Of a DNA stretch of 32,000 bases, positions 24,897 to 32,000 are shown piece by piece. The translations under genes were made by a program, and so were the position numbers. The DNA lies in the NCBI RefSeq assembly GCF_004365815.1, contig NZ_SODD01000003.1, positions 60,001-92,000 of the forward strand. The letters run 5' to 3'. This DNA comes from Breznakia blatticola (GTDB taxonomy: Bacteria > Bacillota_I > Bacilli_A > Erysipelotrichales > Erysipelotrichaceae). Every line of letters begins with the position of its first letter. Position 1 is the first letter of the stretch. The notes beneath the pieces are model-generated. The model saw only the letters and a list, made by a program, of their open reading frames with translations, made no database searches and was not told where the DNA came from.

Positions 24897-25496
24897 TTAT
24901 TTCTGGAATTTACTAAACAAATGCACATAGCGATCCACTAATGGACCTGTTGTTAAGAAACAGAAAATTGTTCCTACACCAACAACTCCACCAAGCATAA
25001 ATCCAACTGCAACTAAAAAGAAGTCAACACCCATTCGCGCGATACGAAAACTGATTTTCGTTTTCTCTTCTATATAATATGCGATTGCATCAAATGGATT
25101 CATTCCTTGCTTATAAATAATCAATAATGCATACGATGCACATAAAATACATTGTGCCAAAATAATGATAATGACTTTAATTGCAACATCCATTTGTCCA
25201 AGTTGTTCTATGCTAATGATACTGCAGAAAAAATCGATAGCAAATCCTGCCAATGCATTATAAACAATCGACATCCATCCCATCTTATCGCGTGCCACAA
25301 GAAGTCCAATCGCAATAAAAATAATACTTGTAATACGTGATCCCCAACCTAAGGATACATGTAAACTCTTATGTAATCCTTCATTAAATACCGTAATTGC
25401 ATCACTACCTAATCCTGCACCAACAAATAAGGTACAACCCAATCCAAGTAGCATTACAGCAACAAATAATACCAACCATGCCTTTATATCTTTCAT
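24897..25496 (-). CDS. polytopic membrane protein, YczE/YitT-like (family call tentative)
   Basis: 199 aa with five to six hydrophobic segments. The N-terminal ..LGLGCTLFVGAGLGSDAITVFNEGL.. resembles YczE/YyaS/YitT-type proteins. SD GAGGAGA. Confidence 0.6.
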   Translation of the reverse strand: MKDIKAWLVLFVAVMLLGLGCTLFVGAGLGSDAITVFNEGLHKSLHVSLGWGSRITSIIFIAIGLLVARDKMGWMSIVYNALAGFAIDFFCSIISIEQLGQMDVAIKVIIIILAQCILCASYALLIIYKQGMNPFDAIAYYIEEKTKISFRIARMGVDFFLVAVGFMLGGVVGVGTIFCFLTTGPLVDRYVHLFSKFQK

Positions 25497-25511
25497 GTTC
25501 TCTCCTCTATC

Positions 25512-25561
25512 AAAAAAAACCTACGCCAAAAATAACTGCAAGGTTATCCTGGGTAGGTTTT
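25512..25561 (-). terminator. strong intrinsic-terminator hairpin inside the 5' leader of the YczE-like gene (candidate attenuator)
   Basis: Minus-strand RNA AAAACCTACCCAGGATAAC-cttgca-GTTATTTTTGGCGTAGGTTTT plus a further T-run (T8 in total). It ends 4 nt before the SD. Confidence 0.6.
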
Positions 25562-25604
25562 AACTTGTCTTAACATGAAGTAATTTAGCACAGAACTATA
25601 AAAA

Positions 25605-25635
25605 TGTAAATCACTTCCAACATTTTTTTGTGTAT
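25605..25635. repeat. 31-nt direct repeat, copy A
   Basis: TGTAAATCACTTCCAACATTTTTTTGTGTAT. Identical to 30563..30592 except for one extra T. Confidence 0.9.
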
Positions 25636-25692
25636 ATACTAAATAGAAAATAATGACATCTATCAATATATGTTATTTTTATAAAAATAACT

Positions 25693-25739
25693 AAAAAAAC
25701 CACAAAATAGTAAGTTATGTACTGTTTTTGTGGTTTTTT
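25693..25739 (-). terminator. intrinsic terminator of the beta-glucoside operon
   Basis: ACCACAAAA ... TTTTGTGGT stem flanked by an A7 run and a T6 run (bidirectional shape), 54 nt downstream of the EIIA stop. Confidence 0.75.
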
Positions 25740-25792
25740 GTATTTTGATTAACTACTTCTAACTTTAGCTCACTATTTGCTAAACATAATTA

Positions 25793-26286
25793 CTATTTGT
25801 TAATCTTATTTGCTCTTTCTACAATAGTTGGATCAATAAAATCTATTTTGTAATCATCTTTTGCTTTATCAGTTACTATTATCATAATAGTTGTGTCATG
25901 ACCTTCTTTTTTTACTTCGCTCAAATCTACATCTATAATCTTCTGTCCTGCCGCAACTTCATCACCTTGCTGTACAAAACATTTAAATCCTTTACCATTC
26001 ATTGATGATGTATTTATTCCAATGTGAATTAAATATCCGTTACCATTCTTTCCCATTATTCCAAAAGCATGTCCAGTTGGATATAATGCAACAATAGTTC
26101 CATTTACGGGTGAAACAACCGTTCCATCAGAAGGAATAATACCAATCGTCTGTCCCATCATCTCTTGTGCAAATACTCCATCATTGATTTCAGATGCAGG
26201 AATTATCTCTCCATTCACTGGAGATACTACATCTGTATCAGCAAATAGTTGCAATTCCTTTTTTCCTAGTTTCTTAAGTAAACTCA

Positions 26287-26287
<1 letters not shown>
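25793..26287 (-). CDS. PTS EIIA component, glucose/beta-glucoside family
   Basis: 164 aa from ATG 26287, which overlaps the upstream stop (TAATG). ..VFAQEMMGQTIGIIP..PTGHAFGI..GYLIHIGINTSSMNGKGF.. includes the two conserved His residues of EIIA-Glc. Confidence 0.85.
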
Positions 26288-27801
<1,514 letters not shown>

Positions 27802-27812
27802 CTATCTTTGGT

Positions 27813-29405
27813 TTATATTTCATTTTTCTCGTTATATGTAATCCATGTAATTATTGCAGTAACAACAGCTCCAACTACAACTGATGCAATCATAAATATA
27901 ACATTCATAGAATTCTCTCCTACAAATCCTGTCACAGTAAAGAATACTCCACCCATTACTATTTGATATGCAATAACCTTTGTTAACGCAAGCACAATTG
28001 CTCCAGCAGCATTTCCAATCATTGCCGCAATTAATGGTGTTCTCAGTTTTAAATTTACACCAAATAGTGCAGGTTCAGTAACTCCTGCAACGATTGCAGT
28101 TACTGTGCTAGACATTGCATTTGTTTTTAGCTCACGATTCTTACTTTTTAGTGAGACGACTAATGTGGCAACACCTTGATTTGTATTACTAATTACGATA
28201 CATAACCATAAAAACGGTTCATACCCCAATGTTGCATACAATCCAAATACAACTGGTACAATCGCTGCATGCATACCAGTAATAACCATAATTGGGTACA
28301 AGAATGCAAATAATACTATTGCAACAATTCCTGTTTTATCGTATAACCACATAATAAAATCAGATAAGTAAGTTCCTAATACTGATCCAAGCGGTGCTAA
28401 CACACACAATGTAAGTGGAATCATAACAAGAATTGTTAAAAATGGTACACTAATATCCTTAATTATTGCAGGAGAATGCTTTTCAATAAACCTTTCTACA
28501 TGTGACATCACAAATACTGCCATAATTGAAGGAAATAATGTTGATGCATATGATCCTGCATATACTGGTAATCCAAACAAAGATAATTCAGTCCCTGAAG
28601 TTACATATGTAATAAATGTAGGTGAAATTAACATAGCACATAAGAACATAGCAATATAAATATTACTATTGAAACGTTTTGCAGCTGCAGCACCTACATA
28701 AATTGGCATGAAGTAAAATGCTGCGTCCGCTGCAAATGATAAAACTAAATATGTAGAACTTGTTTCTGTAATCAAAGGTGTATAAAGCAATAATATTAAT
28801 AATACTTTTAATAACCCCGCAGCCACAAAAACATTGATCATAGGATATAAACAAGCTGATATAGTTGCAGTAAAATCAAGAAATTTCTCTTTAACCCCAC
28901 TTTTCTTTTTAGCATCATTAACTTCTTCAATCATATCCTCTTTTTTAAAATCATAACTTCTGCAAATTGCGTCATAAACCTCACTAACAAATGGCCCAAC
29001 AATTACTTGAAGTTGATTACCACTCCAATTGACACCAATAACTTCATTTATTGTTTTAATTTCTTCATCACTTACTAATGATTTATTTTTAATTGTAAAC
29101 CGCAACCTTGTAACACAGTGTGTAAAATAATTAACATTTTCTTTTCCACCAACAAGTGTAATGATCTTGTCAGCTAATTCACTATAATTTTTAGACATAT
29201 TTTTTTCCTCCGATTTTTTGGTATTGAAAGATATGATAACTCTGTTTCTTTTCATCTGAACACTTTCAATTGTTATCATTTCTTTAATTTTAAGAGAATT
29301 TACTAATCCAGCATCCTTAATAAAGACGTGTAACAGTTCATCTTTTTTTTCTGATTTAATGATATTTTCCTTACCACCTAATAACTCTATTAATTCAATT
29401 TTCAT
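27813..29405 (-). CDS. PTS beta-glucoside-family EIIBC permease with an extra N-terminal Cys-less EIIB-like domain (alternative start at ATG 29198)
   Basis: 530-aa ORF. Residues 70 onward carry the canonical EIIB (..LVGGKENVNYFTHCVTRLRF..) and a multi-TM EIIC. Residues 1-69 are a second EIIB-like module (..LLGGKENIIKSEKKDELLHVFIKD..). Both ATG 29405 (GGAGG + 6 nt) and ATG 29198 (GGAGG + 8 nt) have strong SDs. Confidence 0.85.
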   Translation of the reverse strand: MKIELIELLGGKENIIKSEKKDELLHVFIKDAGLVNSLKIKEMITIESVQMKRNRVIISFNTKKSEEKNMSKNYSELADKIITLVGGKENVNYFTHCVTRLRFTIKNKSLVSDEEIKTINEVIGVNWSGNQLQVIVGPFVSEVYDAICRSYDFKKEDMIEEVNDAKKKSGVKEKFLDFTATISACLYPMINVFVAAGLLKVLLILLLYTPLITETSSTYLVLSFAADAAFYFMPIYVGAAAAKRFNSNIYIAMFLCAMLISPTFITYVTSGTELSLFGLPVYAGSYASTLFPSIMAVFVMSHVERFIEKHSPAIIKDISVPFLTILVMIPLTLCVLAPLGSVLGTYLSDFIMWLYDKTGIVAIVLFAFLYPIMVITGMHAAIVPVVFGLYATLGYEPFLWLCIVISNTNQGVATLVVSLKSKNRELKTNAMSSTVTAIVAGVTEPALFGVNLKLRTPLIAAMIGNAAGAIVLALTKVIAYQIVMGGVFFTVTGFVGENSMNVIFMIASVVVGAVVTAIITWITYNEKNEI

Positions 29406-29461
29406 AATAAACCTCCTTTAATAAACAAAATTGATAAATAGCTGCGCGCTTAACTATTTCT

Positions 29462-29511
29462 CAAAAATAAAATCCAGAGCAACTTAAAAATACTTTTAAG
29501 TTGCTCTGGAT
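29462..29511 (-). terminator. conditional intrinsic terminator between licT and the PTS gene
   Basis: Perfect 16-bp stem CCAGAGCAACTTAAAA (29474..29489) / TTTTAAGTTGCTCTGG (29494..29509), extendable to 18 bp. On the minus-strand RNA it is followed by ATTTTATTTTT. Confidence 0.85.
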
Positions 29512-29538
29512 ATCGCACCTTATTTAGGTTAACACTCC
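29503..29538 (-). promoter_or_regulatory. RAT-like antiterminator target overlapping the 5' arm of the terminator
   Basis: Minus-strand RNA GGAGTGTTAACCTAAATAAGGTGCGATATCCAGAGC. It resembles the BglG/LicT RAT pattern GGaTTGTTAC..loop..AGGCaaaACC, starts right after the licT stop, and shares ATCCAGAGC with the terminator stem. Confidence 0.6.
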
Positions 29539-30357
29539 TTAGCCTTTTATTCTATTAATGTGTAACATTAAATATAACACTTCATCATCATTACATTTCC
29601 AACCCCAGGTACCCTCTAGATAGTTTGCAATTGACTTTGCACATTCATAAATTAGAGGATATTCTTTTGTAAGAGTATTTAACATCATTTCATTCTTTAC
29701 TTCAACCGATTGATTGCTTGACAGCCTTTGAATGAGATATCTTAAATGAGCTACTAACCTGGAATATTCATAGCTATTCTTATCTAACTTATAATTTAGA
29801 TAACTTTCAATAATGTTTTCTACTTCATTCAAGATTTTAGTTGTCTTCATTACCTGTGACAAATCTTCTACTTTCGATTCAGCATTAATCAAATGCATAG
29901 CTATATTAACAGCCTCAGTATCCGGTAGTGTTATTTTTGTCTTATCTTTAAAGACTTCTAAACCTCTTTTTCCAATTTCTGTTTCTTTTGGATAAAGATG
30001 TTTAATATCATAAGCAATCGCACCAGTTAAATCCATCCCTTTTTTCAATCTATTAACAGCAAAATTCAAATGATCTGCTAAAGTGAATGGAAGATTCGGG
30101 TTTAGCTCAGCACCCAATTCTAACTCTGCCATTTCAGCTATTTCAGCACTTGCTAATAATATTGATTGAGGTAACCCTTCAATCATTCCAAAATACCTAG
30201 AATTTACATCATAAAACGTTTTTTCAATTCTTGATAAATCAGTTAGTTCATATGGAACAGAAGGAAATCCTATTCCTTTACCTAATACTACAATTTCATT
30301 CCCAGCTGAATCAAGGGCAATTGCAGCTGAAGTATTAATTTTCTTTATTATTTTCAT
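29539..30357 (-). CDS. licT: BglG/LicT-family PRD-containing transcription antiterminator
   Basis: 272 aa from ATG 30357. The N-terminal CAT domain (MKIIKKINTSAAIALDSAGNEIVVLGKGIGF) is followed by two PRD-like halves with conserved His (..ADHLNFAV.., ..VAHLRYLIQR..). Confidence 0.88.
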   Translation of the reverse strand: MKIIKKINTSAAIALDSAGNEIVVLGKGIGFPSVPYELTDLSRIEKTFYDVNSRYFGMIEGLPQSILLASAEIAEMAELELGAELNPNLPFTLADHLNFAVNRLKKGMDLTGAIAYDIKHLYPKETEIGKRGLEVFKDKTKITLPDTEAVNIAMHLINAESKVEDLSQVMKTTKILNEVENIIESYLNYKLDKNSYEYSRLVAHLRYLIQRLSSNQSVEVKNEMMLNTLTKEYPLIYECAKSIANYLEGTWGWKCNDDEVLYLMLHINRIKG

Positions 30358-30372
30358 CAATTACCCATCCTT

Positions 30373-30433
30373 AAAAAAATCCTTGATTGCATACTACCCG
30401 ACAAAAAAATCTTGTAAGTAGCGCCTCCAAGGA
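30373..30433 (-). terminator. composite terminator-like hairpin in the licT leader
   Basis: Minus-strand RNA TCCTTG-gag-GC-GCTACT...GGTAGT-at-GC-aat-CAAGGA followed by T7 (plus-strand A-run 30373..30379). About 14 bp including G-U pairs, so less certain than the 29462 terminator. Confidence 0.4.
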
Positions 30434-30444
30434 GTATCACCTAT
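30411..30444 (-). promoter_or_regulatory. RAT-like element 2 (proximal), overlapping the licT-leader terminator
   Basis: Minus-strand RNA ATAGGTGATACTCCTTGGAGGCGCTACTTACAAG. Its 3' part is the 5' arm of the hairpin at 30373..30433. Confidence 0.4.
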
Positions 30445-30466
30445 GTTTTAAGTTTGCTTTATTTAT

Positions 30467-30501
30467 GCTGTAAGTAATCGCCCACTGAAGGTAACGACCT
30501 C
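30467..30501 (-). promoter_or_regulatory. RAT-like element 1 (distal)
   Basis: Minus-strand RNA GAGGTCGTTACCTTCAGTGGGCGATTACTTACAGC. It aligns well by eye with the RAT-like element at 29503..29538 and shares GGCG(AT/C)TACTTACA with element 2. A candidate promoter TTGCAT-17-TACATT (30541..30513) lies just upstream. Confidence 0.4.
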
Positions 30502-30562
30502 TTAGCAACATTAATGTATCATATTATTTTCATATATGCAAGAGCTCTCTTGAATTACTTAG

Positions 30563-30592
30563 TGTAAATCACTTCCAACATTTTTTGTGTAT
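30563..30592. repeat. 30-nt direct repeat, copy B
   Basis: TGTAAATCACTTCCAACATTTTTTGTGTAT. On the minus strand it begins at the first nucleotide after the TAA stop (30595..30593) of the partial GH1 gene. Confidence 0.9.

Positions 30593-32000
<1,408 letters not shown>

Noticed and set aside
25605-25635. The 30-nt repeat read as a CcpA cre site (TGTAAATCACTTCCA resembles TGTAAGCGCTTACA at its ends)
   Set aside because: The central CG dinucleotide and the correct 14-nt spacing of the cre consensus are missing, and the match is limited to the TGTAA/CA ends.

Overview
AT-rich (roughly one-third G+C by eye, not computed), gene-dense, mostly minus-strand chromosomal segment. The gene content suggests a strictly anaerobic low-GC Bacillota organism (Erysipelotrichia/Clostridia-like; the taxon is a guess). 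I support 31 protein-coding genes (27 minus, 4 plus; both edge genes are truncated by the window). I found no rRNA, tRNA, CRISPR array, transposase or integrase. Blocks: (1) 1-4913, a five-gene operon deoD-deoB-[YjjI-type glycyl-radical enzyme]-[YjjW-type activase]-[BMP nucleoside-binding lipoprotein], divergent from a Crp/Fnr-family regulator. (2) 5812-7293, a hypothetical gene, a 420-bp non-coding gap with micro-ORFs, and an orphan LytTR regulator with a degenerate receiver. (3) 7352-10253, CsoR-controlled copA-csoR, where copA carries an in-frame CopZ-like tail with its own SD. (4) 10317-11471, a perR-like/rubrerythrin operon with a perfect Fur-type palindrome. (5) 11534-14434, three tandem degV paralogs plus a 78-aa GrcA-like glycyl-radical mini-protein. 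(6) yigZ, two tandem Cof-type HAD phosphatases, and PFOR (nifJ). (7) 20654-21985, a two-gene islet of unknown function bracketed by a 25-bp direct repeat that duplicates the 3' end of the neighbouring gene. (8) nnr plus a degenerate PfkB-like ORF. (9) A hypothetical gene and a YczE-like membrane protein behind a leader terminator. (10) 25605-32000, a beta-glucoside PTS locus (GH1, licT, EIIB-like+EIIBC, GH1, EIIA) with RAT/terminator switches, itself bracketed by a 30/31-nt direct repeat. Best candidates for new biology: the orphan glycyl-radical enzyme embedded in nucleoside catabolism, the repeat-bracketed two-gene islet, and the nested-start architectures in copA and the PTS EIIB. All family calls are from reading the translations by eye; no database search was possible.
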